Assembly (NCBI RefSeq): GCF_006345805.1
Contig: NC_043000.1
Location: 44,578,001-44,642,000, forward strand
Source of the DNA: Octopus sinensis
Lineage: Eukaryota
Direction: 5' to 3'
DNA length: 64,000 nt
Shown: positions 14,401 to 28,835 of the stretch, in pieces
Position numbering within the stretch: the stretch's first letter is position 1
How the letters are laid out: every line of letters begins with the position of its first letter
Program-made: the position numbers and the translations under genes
The notes under the pieces: generated by a model
Told to the model about the DNA's origin: nothing
Database searches by the model: none
What the model saw: the letters and a program-made list of their open reading frames with translations, nothing else

Positions 14401-17400
14401 CTGATTTTTAAAAATCGCTTCCAGAAATTCTGAATGGTATTATTATATCCATTTTGAATTTCATTTTTGTATACAATTTATATTTTTCTTCAGCTCTGAA
14501 AGTCTGTTGCATATATTACGCCACTAATATTTACATCAACCGTTGGTTACTTTCGACACATCAATTTACTTAATTTTAAACTATGTTATTCACAGGTAAT
14601 TCAGCCGTGAGTTATCTGCTTTTCTTTCACTGTGTTGTTTAATAACGTATAGGAAGATATGGGTATGTTCAAAGAAAAATCTACTGCAAGAAACGATCTG
14701 GAATTGATGTCAACGCCTGTTTGAATTGCGTTTGACTTAACATTTGCATTAATGTTAGTGATGGGAATTTGCATTTACAAGGCTAATTGCCATTTGCCTA
14801 CTGGAATATTAATGAGTAAATGTAGTTTGAAGGTACACATATATAGAGCCTAGAGAATTATTCAGCAGTTCTCAATTACCATTTATATATTCCCAAGTCA
14901 TTATTTCGAAGCAGCTGTTAAAGTAAGATAAAGAACATTCATAATTCATTATCAGCATTGAGAAAATTGTGAAGTTTCGTCGATTCGCTACATTAGAATA
15001 TTTATCGAGAGGTGTGCTAAATTTATTTCGTATGATTTTTTAATGTATTTGTATGCACTTGTGCGGTGGATGGGTGTGTGGATATGATGGCATGATGGTT
15101 AGATGTGGTGAGTGCTCAGTATTATCTTCAGTGTGTTTTCTATGTGTACATTCATAGGCAACACTTTTGAAAGGAAATTGGATGCCATTACATATACCTG
15201 AAGGTGAATTGTTTCATTGACAAAACTAATTCATTTTATGACATAATAGATAATCGAATGTTTGTTAAGAACCGTGCAGTGTTAAGAACTTTAATCACTA
15301 CCATGTTGAAAAAAGGAAATGTTTTCTCCCCAAAGAAATCAAGGTAACTAGTTTTGCTTTTTATTTTGTTGTATAAATGAGAGAATGGGTACAATTCTAT
15401 TGGAAACGTAAGTTAACAATTTACCGTTGACATCATACATGTAACGACCACAAAAACACAATAATGTTTTTAATTATCTTTTTGCTTTTATTTACTTGTT
15501 CTCTGTAACAAACATTTTTGCAAGAATTCTGTTTGAAAAGTTAAAAGGAATTTTGAAGTTACGTATATATGTATATCAGCAATGAATATTTTGGTTAAAT
15601 ACATTTATGGCAAACAGTTTGCAGTTTTAACACTGTGTTTGGTTAGTTTGTTGGCATTTTTTTGAAACAAAATGGTAGAAGCGTTACCAATCAGGCTTTT
15701 ACATTTGCTTTTAGAACTGGAGCTGAAGGGCGTAAATATTTTCTGTTGTAGAGCAAGAAAAAATATTTATTCAGCTTGTATCTGTGATCTTTAGAAACAC
15801 TTGATAAAATAAGTTGTGCTTGAAAACGAATGAATGAACATAAAATTAGACGCGTCACCAATCAAGTACTGTATACATTTGCTTTCAAATTTTAAGTAGA
15901 AGGGCGTAAACAGGAAATGAGTTGGATTAAGAGATGGGCATAACATTAGGCTTGGCTGGAGTTTAGAAATGTTGAAAGGTGATATGCTTGCGTTTAATAG
16001 ATGACATGTAGAATAGGTAATACTGTATGGAATGATGTAAGTGAAGTGTGAAGAATACGAGTTGTTATTTGTTCATTGATTTTTAGTTTCAAAATTTGGT
16101 TGTTTTGGCAGTTTATTGAAATTTGTATCTTATTTTCTAAAAGTGTGATGTGACTTGCGTGCAGAGAATTATGTCTACATTATTGTTGGTAACTAATAAA
16201 TTGAAGTATTTCTGTAGATTATTAAAATTAATATCCTATTCAAAGAAACAAGTAATTATTTTTTGTTGTGGGTGTGACTTGTTGACTAATGTTATTGACT
16301 TAGCTATGCTGATGAGTTTTCGTTGATGGAATTCTGCCGGCATGCGAATAAAGACTCAGTTCTCTTTTTTACTCCTTTCTTAATCTTAATTAACATTTAC
16401 CCGAGTATTTTCATGCTTATAAAAATGGGAGTATGACTAATCATTCTAACACTTAAAACCTTACAGATATATTAAAGTTTTAAATATATAATATTGGTTG
16501 GTGGTTAATTTTATATTCTTCAAGGATAACGATGAATGTGTTAACAAATATATGTGAATTTTCACATCAACTGCACAAATGCAACCTAACGGTAAGGTTC
16601 AGAGTTTACTATAAAACTGTATAAAACTGTACGCTGGATTTAGATTACAAGACCGAATGAAGTAAAATGGAAATTTTGCGTGAGCATATTCACAAGATAA
16701 AAGTGCTGAAAAAGTTTGAAAAAGTTTATTTAATTTACTAATATACTCAAAACTAATGCAAATATCATACATGTATTGATAGTTTTCATTTTATTTTGAT
16801 ATTCTCGATTGATGTTTACGATTAAAATATTCAAATCTTTTTTAAAATCTCATAGTATTCCATAGATGTGTTTCTTGGTAACTATGTCTTTGCAATTCAA
16901 GCCATTATCAGATTTGATAAACCTGAAAGCGCGAATAATCTTCAAGAAATACCAAAAACAAGTTGTGTATTACACGATGCTGGCATTTAATCGCACTTTG
17001 TAAAAATACAGCATACATTACGCATATAATAAAGAATATGCTAAGAAGCTTAAGAAGAGATATGAATTTTGGTGCTTCTTTTTTCGCCTCTTTTATTCAG
17101 GAATTATCTAACATGTGTATCGCAGCAATAGTTTATACAGTAGAGCAGCAAAAATATTATTTTCAAAACATTTAAGCGTTTGTCTAGTGGTTAATGAAGA
17201 TGTTGCGCTTCAAGTCTGCCTTAACGGAAGAAATCTATACTCGAAAATATTCCCTCTACTCGGATTTTCAACCGGCTAGAAACTGCAAATAAATCTCTCT
17301 CCGCACACAAACTATTGGAAAAGCAAATGTAGAAAGCTACTTATAGTATGTGTATGTGTGCATAATGTGTGTGCATGTGAGTGTGTGTTTGTTTGTGTAT

Positions 17401-17960
17401 GAGAGTGTGTCTGTTTGTGTATGTGTGTGTGTATTTGTGCGTTTCGTCTATGTATAATCATACGGAACGAAGGTCCGGTCTTAATTTTAAGCATTAATGG
17501 ATATTCATGTGGAGAACAATGAATTATTTTCACAAAGAAACGCTCACATTTACTTTGAAGTTCCACAACTATCGGTTTTGTGAAATTGTTACTACTCGAT
17601 TTTTTGACACTGGTTTTATATCACAGCATAGGTGGAGAACAATATCTGATTTGTGGTTTAAATAAACTTAAAGAAAGTAAAAAGTGTAGGAATGTTAACT
17701 GAATTGAGGACTACATTCTTAATATTTGGAACTACAATATTTGTGACTGGAGAAATGTAGGGATGGAAGAGAGGTGAAATGAGCGCATAAACTGCTAGAG
17801 AGTGATTTTGAACATATCTTTTGTATAAAAGGATTTTAGAGGCGACCTATGTCGATTACTAATTGCTTCTTTTAACCAAAGTCTCTCATGCGTAAAGTTA
17901 TGCAACTATAGAGACGACACTGGCAGCTCTCCGAAAGAGTACATACACACACACACAAAC

Positions 17961-18009
<49 letters not shown>

Positions 18010-18114
18010 ATATATATAATATATATATATATATGTATATGTATATATATTATATATATGTATATATATATGCATATATATATATATATATATATATATG
18101 CATATACCATATAT

Positions 18115-18286
18115 GCGCAGGAGTGGCTGCGTGGTAAGTAGCTTGCTAACCACCCACATGGTTCCGCTTTCAGTCCCACTGCGTGGCATCTTGGGCAAGT
18201 GTCTTCTGCTATAGCCCCGGGCCGACCAATGCCTTGTGAGTGGATTTGGTACACGAAAACTGAAAGAACCCTGTCGTATATATGTA

Positions 18287-18364
<78 letters not shown>

Positions 18365-18550
18365 ATGTGTGTGAGTGTTTATGTGTCTGTGTTTGTCCCC
18401 CTAGCATTGCTTGACAGCCGATGCTGGTGTATTTCCGTCCCCGTCACCTAGCGGTTTGGCAAAAGAGACCGATAGAATAAGTACCGGGCTTACAAAGTGG
18501 CCGCAGTCAAATGACTGAAACAAGTAAAAGAGAAAAGAGAAAAAGTAAAG
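18115..18550 (+). mobile_element. tRNA-derived SINE family A with internal (TA)n/(TG)n
   Basis: Head gcgcaggagtggctgcgtggtaag with A-box-like and B-box-like (ttcagtccc) motifs, central microsatellite, tail tggccgcagtcaaatgactgaaacaagtaaaagag. About 46 bp present in other copies is missing after cttacaaag (18497). Confidence 0.92.
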
Positions 18551-19174
18551 ATACCTGCATTCATAAATACCAGTGTATACGTATACATAATTGCATAATA
18601 AATGTATAAATGTAAGCAGCAATGTTACTATCAAACTTTGCTTTGCATGTACATATGCACACGCAGACTCACTCGCCCACTCATTCACACACAAGCAAAC
18701 ACATACACATATATCAATAGTTAGATCGCTTGATAAACAAATAAATCAGTAAACAAATAAAACGATCAAGACAATAAAGCGGGGAATGTAATACTGCAAC
18801 CATTATTCCTTTCATCGATTTATTCTATACACTGAGATGGATTCACTTCCGTAATAATGGTGCATTTTCTGGGTGTTTGTGTTGCATCGAATATTATCCG
18901 ATTAACTGGACGCTATTCACTCTTTAGCCACCTGTTTCAGCGGACTTTGCATGAATGTTGAGTGAGGCATTCGCCTGCATTTTTTGTTGTCACTTCACGT
19001 GAAATGTATTAAATGATAAACTTCGTGAACATTTTATACATTTTTACAATGCTTTTATTTGCCGGTAACTGCAATCTGCATTTGCTGATCCAGATTTTTA
19101 TGATCGTATACATTTATCTATGCAAATAAGGCTACTTTCATGTGTCAATGTATACATATATGTGCGAATATATC

Positions 19175-19405
19175 ACTCTTTACCCTTTTACTTGTTTCAG
19201 TCATGTGACAACGGCCATGCTGGAGCACCGCCTTTAATCGAGCAAGTGGACCCCGGGACTTACTCTTTGTAAGCTCAGTACTTATTCTATCGGTCTCTTT
19301 TACCGAACCGCTAAGTAACAGGGACATAAACACACCAGCATCGGTTGTCAAGCAATGGTAGGGGGACAAACACAGACACACAAACACAGACACACAACAC
19401 AGACA

Positions 19406-19463
<58 letters not shown>

Positions 19464-19621
19464 TACGACGGGCTTCTTTCAGTTGCCGTCTACCAAATCC
19501 ACTCACAATGCTTTGGTCGGCTCGAGGCTATAGTAGAAGACACTTGCCCAAGGTGCCACACAGTGGGACTGAACCCGGAACAATGTGGTTGGTTAGCAAG
19601 CTACTTACTACACAGCCACTC
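19175..19621 (-). mobile_element. tRNA-derived SINE family A, full length
   Basis: Reverse complement matches the head, body, microsatellite and tail of the other family A copies. Confidence 0.93.
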
Positions 19622-20698
19622 GTGTCTTCGGGTGCGAGTGTATTCATACGAAGTTGATGATTTCACTTGGTGGTTTAAATTTTCCCACGCAATATTATCT
19701 TTCAGCTGTTAATAGAAATATATGCTCGGCAATAAATTAATCTTATTGGTGGCATTTGTTTTTATTTTCCTTCTTTTGAAATTGAGCAGTTAAAGTGGGC
19801 TAACTTCTCATGCGCATTTTTTCAGAAACAACATCTGTCATACTATTTAATGATTTTATCACATGTACAATAATTTCATCAATGTAACAAATAACCATAT
19901 CTTCTATGGCTGCTTATTTTTTTAAATTCGATTTTTCTGCAAATCTAAGAACCGTTACCATTTGTATAAGCATATAATTGTATAAGCATATAACTAAGTT
20001 TTCGTTGTAGCGATCAGGTGACATTTGTCTGGGAAATGCTATTTTAGACTGACAAGCAAGGAGCTTTATATGATTATCCTAGATGTACCTGTGAAAGACA
20101 GCAATAGGACACCAAATACTATGCTATACATTCCAGTCCCTTCTCATCACATCACTCGAAAAGAAATCGAGATAAAAAACACAAAAGCTTGAAATAGAAA
20201 TTCGCATCAGTAATAACGGGTAAAACTTATAAAAATCTCATATCAATAATAAATGAGTACTTGGTTTCAACAAAAAATATAACATATTCGCCTTATAAAT
20301 TTATCGTTGCTCAAATAATATTTCATAAACACTGACTACATGCTACAGAATACAATTTGAAGTTCATAGTTTCAGTCATAAAATACAAACGCTGCATCGA
20401 AAATACTGTACATAGTCATTACTCTACGAACCAACACAAATCACAAAGTAAATATTCTACATAATAGAATACCAAATAAAATCTCCACAACATATACAGC
20501 ATATATTCCACATAGACATATCCTTATAAAATAGCACAATATAACTGTTATAATAAGATATCCGATATTATAACATACTCTATACACCATAACCAACCAA
20601 TATTATTGATATCCTATGCCAGTGTTTCCCAACCAGTTTTCCCCACGGTCACCACTATAAATTTCTACCGGCGATTGGGGAAAAACTATATTTTTAAT

Positions 20699-20931
20699 GT
20701 AAAGTATACTAGCCATCTCAATATGGCTAACCACTAAGGTTAGGTGTTACTGTAGCTTTTAGCCCCAGGAAATCATCGTCTCCAGCTGGCTTTGGGCACA
20801 CTTTCTGTGCCCTTATGGTATTTGCAAAATGTGCCTAAAGTCAGCTGGAGACGATGATCTCTTGGGGCTAAAAGCTACAGTAACACCCACCCTTATTGGT
20901 TAGGCATATTGAGATGGCTAGTATACTTTAC
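20699..20931. mobile_element. MITE / fold-back element, 233 bp with ~105-bp inverted arms
   Basis: Left arm gtaaagtatactagccatctcaatatggctaacc...ctttgggcaca pairs with right arm tgtgcctaaag...gatggctagtatactttac at roughly 90% identity, around a ~20-nt spacer. Confidence 0.85.
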
Positions 20932-21845
20932 GTTGTCGAGCGGTTACTGTTTACATCTCGTTCAGAGATGTATTATTGCTATATTTTTAATATTTTACCA
21001 CAACTAATTAAAACAAAAGAATGTACCGGTAACTTTTTAAAGTACTGAGTACAAACGTGTACATTATTGACTAAGAAAAAGGAACGATTTTTACAACTCC
21101 ATGTCTCACAAAATAAAGGATCCTCCACCTAAGTACAGTTTTTCCAGGCTGCAGCTGTGGTATGAATGCTCCACATTGGGAATTACCGCTCTACGTCAAT
21201 GCCACGCAAAATTTTGGGAAATAATATTTTCCATTACGATGTAATTCTTCATATATTCGCTTGGAAACGATTTGGAGAAGGTTATTTGTGGAATGCATTG
21301 GAATATAGATCTCTTCTGTAAGGATTGATATGTAGTTAATTAATAAATACGCAACACAGTATCTGGTCCAATAGTACGACGCTACCCATCATGATCCTGC
21401 TGGGAATTTGGAGCATCAGCAGAGTAGTAATCTGTGTTTATACAGATCTAGTATACGAAGGACTTTGAGGTGCAGTCGAAGTGTGTATATCCATGTGGTG
21501 CTGTTGTTAAGACGGCATCACTAAAAACCACAGCCTCTGTAATACACGAACAACACTGCATAATAAAGCAGTTATAAAAGGAAAATGATCACCTTTCCAA
21601 TGAACGAAAACAACTGACACGTCATATATTCTCCACAAGTAGACGCAATATTTATGTATCATCACAACAGTAAATGAAAATGTACAAAAGTGATGTAATA
21701 TGCAAGTGCAATTATAAATTCCGAAACTGCAATGCTGCCTACACACTATGGAAAAGATGTTGCACCTGGTGGTGCACTGAAAACTCGCATGAAATAGCTA
21801 CAAACAATACCAAATATAATGGTAATAATTACGATGATGTCGATG

Positions 21846-21911
21846 ACAACAATAGCAACAACAACAACAACAACAATAACAATAATAATAATAATGATAA
21901 TAATAATAATA

Positions 21912-21979
<68 letters not shown>

Positions 21980-21990
21980 GTAAAAATAAT
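21846..21990. repeat. (AAC)n/(AAT)n compound microsatellite
   Basis: Visible tandem triplets. Confidence 0.95.
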
Positions 21991-23727
21991 AATAATTACC
22001 ATAATTATATTAATAATAGTGTTAATAATAACCATTACAGTAAAAACCAGACAATAGTTAATCACGTTTAATAGTTCTAAAATTGAAAGTTCCCCTCTAA
22101 TTTCATTCAACCTTGACAATTAATGCAACTTCATTAAGCAAATTTATTAGGGTGTTTAAGTCTCTTTGAATATATTAAAGAGAAATCTGTTGAGTCCATT
22201 AGCAAATTGAAGATGAACATTTGCGCATGTGAAAACTTTCAGCGCTTAAGATCGTATGATATTCGTTTATGTTCAATTACATTTCTCCAGATCATACAAG
22301 ACAAATCGATTCTACTCTATTGTGCATAGACAAACAATAAATATTTAGTTGAATGCGCAATGAAGTTTCTATACAGCGTTCTGGTAATATGATTACGTGA
22401 GATCTGGTCTAGACCAATGGTACTAGCAGAAACTATTCCCAGATTGATATTGTAGTTTATTTCAGTATTAGTATCAGTGGCAATAAATATGCTTTTGTGG
22501 TTTAACTCCAAGTTATCTCCGGCTGACGAAATCTATCTGCAGTTATGGAAATTTAATCATTCCGGAGAGCACTAAGTGTCAAAGCATTCGTCATAAATTA
22601 CTTTTCCCTCTGTTTTCAAGTTTATCCACTGTGAATTATTTGGTTGCATTTTTTAGCAAGTCGTGTGATCTCTGGAATTTGCAGTTTTTCGTATATCAGT
22701 AAATGAAGCGATATCATCATGGATATAATTCAGTTCCGATGGAAAGATTTAAAAACCGACTGCAGACACACATTATTTCACAAAGTTAAATAATGTCGAT
22801 CTTCAGCTATGATAGGAAGAAAGAGACATCTTTCGGAATTTACATTTGTAGTTGAATCCACATATAACTTTGTTGAACAAGTGGTTGAATTTTGTAATCG
22901 AACACTGCCAAAGTTATTCATTAAACTTGAGAAATGTTCAACACGAGGAAGAATTATGTTCTATAAACTAAACACTGCTGACGTGAATAGTACCAATATA
23001 TCGACTATTTCCGGGAATCCTAATTCTACATAACCGAGAGAGAGAGAGAGAAAGAGAGAGGCGAGAAGAAGAGAGACAGACACAGAGAAAGTGGATTATT
23101 TTCATGCAGGTAAGCTTCTAATAATTTTAGACAGTAGGGACCATATGCAAAAACAGATCACTGATGAATATAATAGTTGGAAGTCCAAAACATACATAGT
23201 GTTCCAGGTTAAATATATCATATACGAGTGATATAACAGATAAATTCTTATATTTACCCATTAATACACAGATGTTAATGTAGGTTTATATATACGTATG
23301 CTTGATTAAATGTTTGTGAATGCATCTATGATTGCCTGGGTTGTTTTACATTAAGATTTACTGACAAAAATGCAACGGTCTCTATATGAGACTGGATTTC
23401 TATTTAACCTAAGGTGCATATATGTAAACTATATTCTTATATAAGTATGCATATATACATATATATATATATGCACATACATACATATATATATATATGC
23501 ACATACATACATATATATATGCACATACATGCATATATATATATATATGCAACTTCATTCAGGAAATTTATTATTTTAGAACTATTAAACTTTATATATA
23601 TGTATTTCATAAATCGACTTGCCTAACTTGATTCTGATTACATATGTATGTGTGCATGTCTAAGTGTTTGTATGTGTGTGTGCTTGTGTTTGTAAATTTG
23701 TGTATTCCTATATGATGTGGGTGTTTG

Positions 23728-23766
<39 letters not shown>

Positions 23767-24139
23767 GCAACGCGCTCACACATATCCAAGTATATGGGTA
23801 TATACATACAACTAGATATACGCGCATACGCACACGTATGGACGAATATATACATATATATGTATAGAAACTCATATACGCAGTTACGCACGTATATATA
23901 TATATACATAAATATACGTACATAGCATAGATAAATATATGCATAGATTAGGAAGAGGGTTAAACATTTGTGTGCACGGACACGATATGGGCTTCATTAG
24001 TCTAGTCGTCACCGCACTCCTATCTTGTACGTTAATGCAGTTAAATAAAAGCCTTTAACCCGTTCATACTTAGTCGATAGATTTTGGATATAGTCCTTTA
24101 ATTATGAGTGTCGATGAAGAACTTGCGAAGGAACACCGT

Positions 24140-25170
24140 GTCATCGACTTGTAAGACACGAAGATATGAAAATGAAAACAGAAATGTCATGCCAAATTTG
24201 GAGAAGCATTTTGCATGCATCAATAAAAATAGTAAATCATTTTGCTTATTGGCATATTTCACTCAGTCATTACAAAGCAAGCAACGTGAAACACCACTAT
24301 GAAACAAATCAGCAAAATATTTTATGATCAGCTTAAATTAGAATAAAGGACAAACAAGTTAACACCATTGAAAGACCACTAAATGACCAATAGTTACTTT
24401 TGGGAATGTTCAGCAAGGAACCCGTTACGAAGACTGAAGCCAGTTTTACTATATTGTGGAATGTTGCTCGGGCTAAACGCTCATATTCTGATGGCGAATT
24501 TATCTAAAAGTATGTAGCTACAATTTTTGCATTGTTAGAATCAAATAACAGAGGACTTCAGCAACTAATTGCTCAAGTATCAGACCACGCCGCACTACAG
24601 AAGAGCTCATCTCTCAAACCAGTGCAGGGTAAAGATAAGATTATAGCTTATCTTACTTAGACAGCTTTCAACTTTTCAAGTAAAATAAGTTTTTCAGAGA
24701 GACATATTGATAACAAATTTCAGGCGCTTGCCCAATCTAAGAAAGAGTAACTTTATTCCCTGGAAAAATACAAGCATAAACTATAAGGAGTGCTTGATAA
24801 TTTCGAAGCCAAATTTGATGATTTGCTGAAGATGAAACCTTACTTCATCCTCTGGTCAATCACTTCTTGGTTACCCAATACGCAATGATGGTTACTCAAT
24901 TTGCAAACCCCTCGACACGGAACCATATGCTGTAGAAATTGAACTAATTGAATTAGAGGAGGTCAAATCATGATCCATAAATCCCAGACTACACCACAGT
25001 TTTGGAATTAAGTTACTGAAGTCAACTACCCTGGAGTGAAGAAACATGGTGTGTGACTCATTTTTGCAGCTCAACGTACTGGTGTATGTTGTAAATCACT
25101 GTACACTGTAATGAAATTTATGAAATTAGCTGACAGAAATCATTCGTACATGCCAACATTTTCAAACACA
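24140..25170 (+). mobile_element. hAT (Charlie/SPIN-like) transposase remnant, internally deleted
   Basis: N-terminal BED-like KTRRYENENR...FCLL...HYKASNVKHHYETN, ARAKRSYSDGEFI, and C-terminal dimerisation-like CCKSLYTVMKFMKLADRN. Many stops and frameshifts; about 1 kb compared with ~1.8 kb for an intact ORF. Confidence 0.75.
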
Positions 25171-25839
25171 ATGATCGAGATGAAAACCCACACGACTTGT
25201 ACTAACAGTAAATAGTAACTTTAACAGACTAACATGTGTTGCATTGCCCGTTTGTCATACAATATTACTCCTAAGTTATTAAGGAACCCCTAATTTTATA
25301 AGTTTGCTCTTTCGCTTATTTTTCCTTATTTTTACTAGGCACTTCTATACACATATATTCATTTCTCTCTTTCCGTGTACATATATATTATTCGCTTTAG
25401 ACTGCGGCCATAATAGAGCCACGCTTTACAAGCTTTTAATTGATACCTGCAATCTCAGTTCTTATTTTGTCAAGTGTGGTACTTATTTTATCGAGCTAAG
25501 TTACATGAAAAAAAAGACAATTTATTTCATGTCATACGGCGCTCAAACAACTAAACTTTATTGGACGTAGCTCTCACATTAAGCAATTTCGGTCATACCT
25601 ATTGTAGACCAATATTTATAAAGTGCATTCCAAAAGTTTTCATACTGTTTCAGGAGAGGCAGTTTTAACTGTCCTGGACTATTGAAATTTTAATTTATCT
25701 TTACTAAACATCTGACAAGCTGATGTGCCGACTTGGATTGTTCCAGATTAAAGGAGACATTTGCAACAGCATTTTGAAAACATCATGCTAAACACTATTT
25801 GACACAGCTGACTAATTTGAAGAATGCAAATGTGTGAAG

Positions 25840-26260
25840 ATAATTTAGGAACTTGCTATGAAATAAGGTTTTGTGTCAAAATGGGCAAAAAAATCAACAG
25901 AATGTTATAAATTGCTTCAGAAGACCTATGGATTTACGTGTATGTCTCAAACCTATGATTATCGTTGGCTTAAGTGGTCAGGTAAAACAAGCCCGTTGCG
26001 AAACACATAACGATCCTCTTTTTTGACCGTAAGATCATTATCTACATCCACCGAGTTCCCTCTGGTCAAACGGTCAATAGAGAGTACTTTATGGATGTTT
26101 TGAGTGATTTCGGAAAGAGATTTTGTTGTTAAAAGATAGTGCACCTGCACCACCGCAATACACAAATCCACAATTCCATTCTTGTAGCCAATTTCCCGAC
26201 AGATATCGCCATCACCCAGCTTGGAATGCATATCTTGTTCCCAGTGATATTGCAAACTGC
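25840..26260 (+). mobile_element. Second mariner-family transposase remnant
   Basis: YEIRFCVKMGKK...LLQKTYGFTCMSQTYDYRW, ILFFDRKIIIYIHRVPSGQTVNREYFMDVL and LHHRNTQIHNSILVANF (resembles LHHDNAPAHTS). No TIRs recognised. Confidence 0.7.
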
Positions 26261-26605
26261 AGGAGAAGATGAAGGAGACTATGCCAAGAGTCCAGTATAC
26301 CATTATTATACCGAAATTCCATGGGGATATTACGAAATGGCTAGCGCGGTATTAGCGTATTAAATCAGAGGATTCTACTCTGAAGAAGGCTAGAGTTTTG
26401 TATTTCTATGAAATTAATTAATGCCTCTCCTGAAAAGGTCAAGAATATTCGAATATTCTTGAATGCATCTTTCAGTAAAAGAAAAGCATTTGTCAACAAT
26501 ATCGATATGATGAAGGATTTCAGGTTGGCTTTTGTCAAGTTATTACGTCACCTTGGTGATTTCTATACATACACCACACACAGAAACATATATATGTATG
26601 TATGC

Positions 26606-26672
<67 letters not shown>

Positions 26673-28155
26673 TACACATTCATATATGTATTATTTTAGA
26701 GAGAGAGAGAGAGGGAGGAGCAACAGACAGACAGTGGCCTTTACATATAACACATTGTTTACATATATTAACAGAATGAATGGCTATAAGTGTTTGATTT
26801 GGAATAATAATTTTGACCCATTGGTAATACTACCAGACACTGTATTTGAAATTAGATTGAATTTGAATTTAAAAGAAAGAATTATATTTTTGTATGAAAT
26901 GTTTCGTAATTCAGTGGAAACATCCTCCCTTGTATACAATACAACAGCATAATTTATGTAATACTTATGAAAGAGAATATATAGGAGAGCAAACACCCAT
27001 TTAAATGTTTTTACATTATAAGGTAGGGGATGAATTAGGCTAATTCAATTATTGAACATAGTAAATTCCCTATGCTGTTACACGAAAGGCAAGCATAAAT
27101 CAAGCATAGACCAAGACAGGCTTCCAAAGGGACGTAGGGTAATTGTAAACTGTTTAGTCAATGAGCATAGTGAAAGACTTTTAGAGTATGTAACGTAAGA
27201 GATTGGATCTGACTGAAAGCATTTGCATAGTAATATTGCAGTGGTAAGATTATAAGTAAAATGAGAAACGCAAAACAGTAACAGTTGTTATATTAAAGTA
27301 AGAGTGTGTATGTGACATATATCATGTAGAACATTGATTATGCAATGAAGGCTTGTTAATCAGGCATATAATCCATTTATCTATTTTGCTATACTGTCCA
27401 ACAATTTTCATATACAAGTATAGCAGCAAAATCCCGGATACATGAACAATATACTAGTGTTTGAGTGTGTAAATAGAGTGTATTGTTATATGTAAGGTGT
27501 TATTTTGTTTATGCGTATGAGAAGTAATAATAAAGGAACATCAATAGATACAACAACGTTACGTTAAGAATCGATAAAGAAATATTCACATACTGTGCAA
27601 ACAGAGTGGTATGAATTCACTGCATGTATTTATTCTATGAGATACGTATGTATCTTACAACAACTATTATAATTATATCGAATTCCCTCTTGCTTGCATA
27701 TGGTCACATGAACACTCAGATCAATATTTGAATTATCATCTGCTGAATGCTGTTTGCAGACTTTCTCCATTTCATAGTTCGTTTATTAAGATATCTCATT
27801 ACAGTTTAATATACCGAGTATTTACCTCATACCCATGGGCATCTCGTTTTATGCAATCATATTCATAAAAATGCCTATATCCTCGTGAATTTGTTTGACA
27901 TATTCGGAATAGAGCGATTCTGTTTTAATGTTTAATTAATATGTGGAAATTTCTCCTTCAAAAACCATTACTCTCTAGTTATATAATTTTTTTTCTTTCT
28001 TTGTGGGGCTTATACAGCATACTGCATCAATCACTTTGGGAATAGAGAATGTGGTTTAATTTCAAATGTCGCTTAGGCTTAATAATATAGGCATAATAAG
28101 GAACACGTTTTTCTCCAGGTTTATTGTAAATCTGCAATGAAGCATTATAGATGCA

Positions 28156-28222
<67 letters not shown>

Positions 28223-28835
28223 TCTGCATACACACACACAAACACATATATGAATACATAAAATACTTTGTGTACGAAAGAATAATATTTGAGAATTCCA
28301 TTACGTCTTTACGTTTTGCTTTTGTAGCATATTTTGACTTAATTCTGGTAACGAATTTCGAAAAAATACGTATAATTTTAATTGCGGTTATGTAATGCAA
28401 TTAAAGACAGTTTATTTTAAATGTCACACCGCAATTTATGCTACAGGTTCCCATAGCTATTTTGTTTGTATTTTTTATACAGTGTTTTAATCTTTAGGAT
28501 TGAGGGCAATGTTCGAATATTTTGCGTTTTAATTGATGCTCCTGTTTCTCGTATCCTGTCCTCTGCATAAGCTATCAAGCCAACTTAATTCAGATTTTCG
28601 CTGGATACTGCGCTGTCATTTCGGGATTATTAAAAGACCTACGCAACTACTGATGGTGTGGAAAACATCCAGCTTTCAGATGTAAATGTGTCAAGATATA
28701 GCTGCGTATTCATGCTAACTTCACTAGGCGCAATATTTCGATTTAAACTCACTGATCTGATAATAATAATAATAATAAATAATAATAATAATATAATAAT
28801 AATAATAATAATAACAATAATAATAATAATAATGG

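Noticed and set aside
17898-18451. Long YIYIYI ORFs here and similar ones at 7.9-8.6, 19.3-19.7, 23.4-23.9, 26.4-27.0, 28.0-28.4, 36.5-37.2 and 56.2-56.6 kb
   Set aside because: Artefacts of (TA)n/(TG)n microsatellites, mostly inside SINEs.
20620-20634. hAT-like terminus CAGTGTTTCCCAACC as the left end of the hAT remnant at 24.1-25.2 kb
   Set aside because: No matching inverted right end or 8-bp TSD found.
21050-21830. Minus-strand translation vaguely resembling GPCR TM2-TM3 / LRR fragments (GSIAVSEFIIALAYY..., LKVLRILDL)
   Set aside because: Stop density is about that expected at random, no diagnostic motif, and hydrophobic translations are common in AT-rich DNA.
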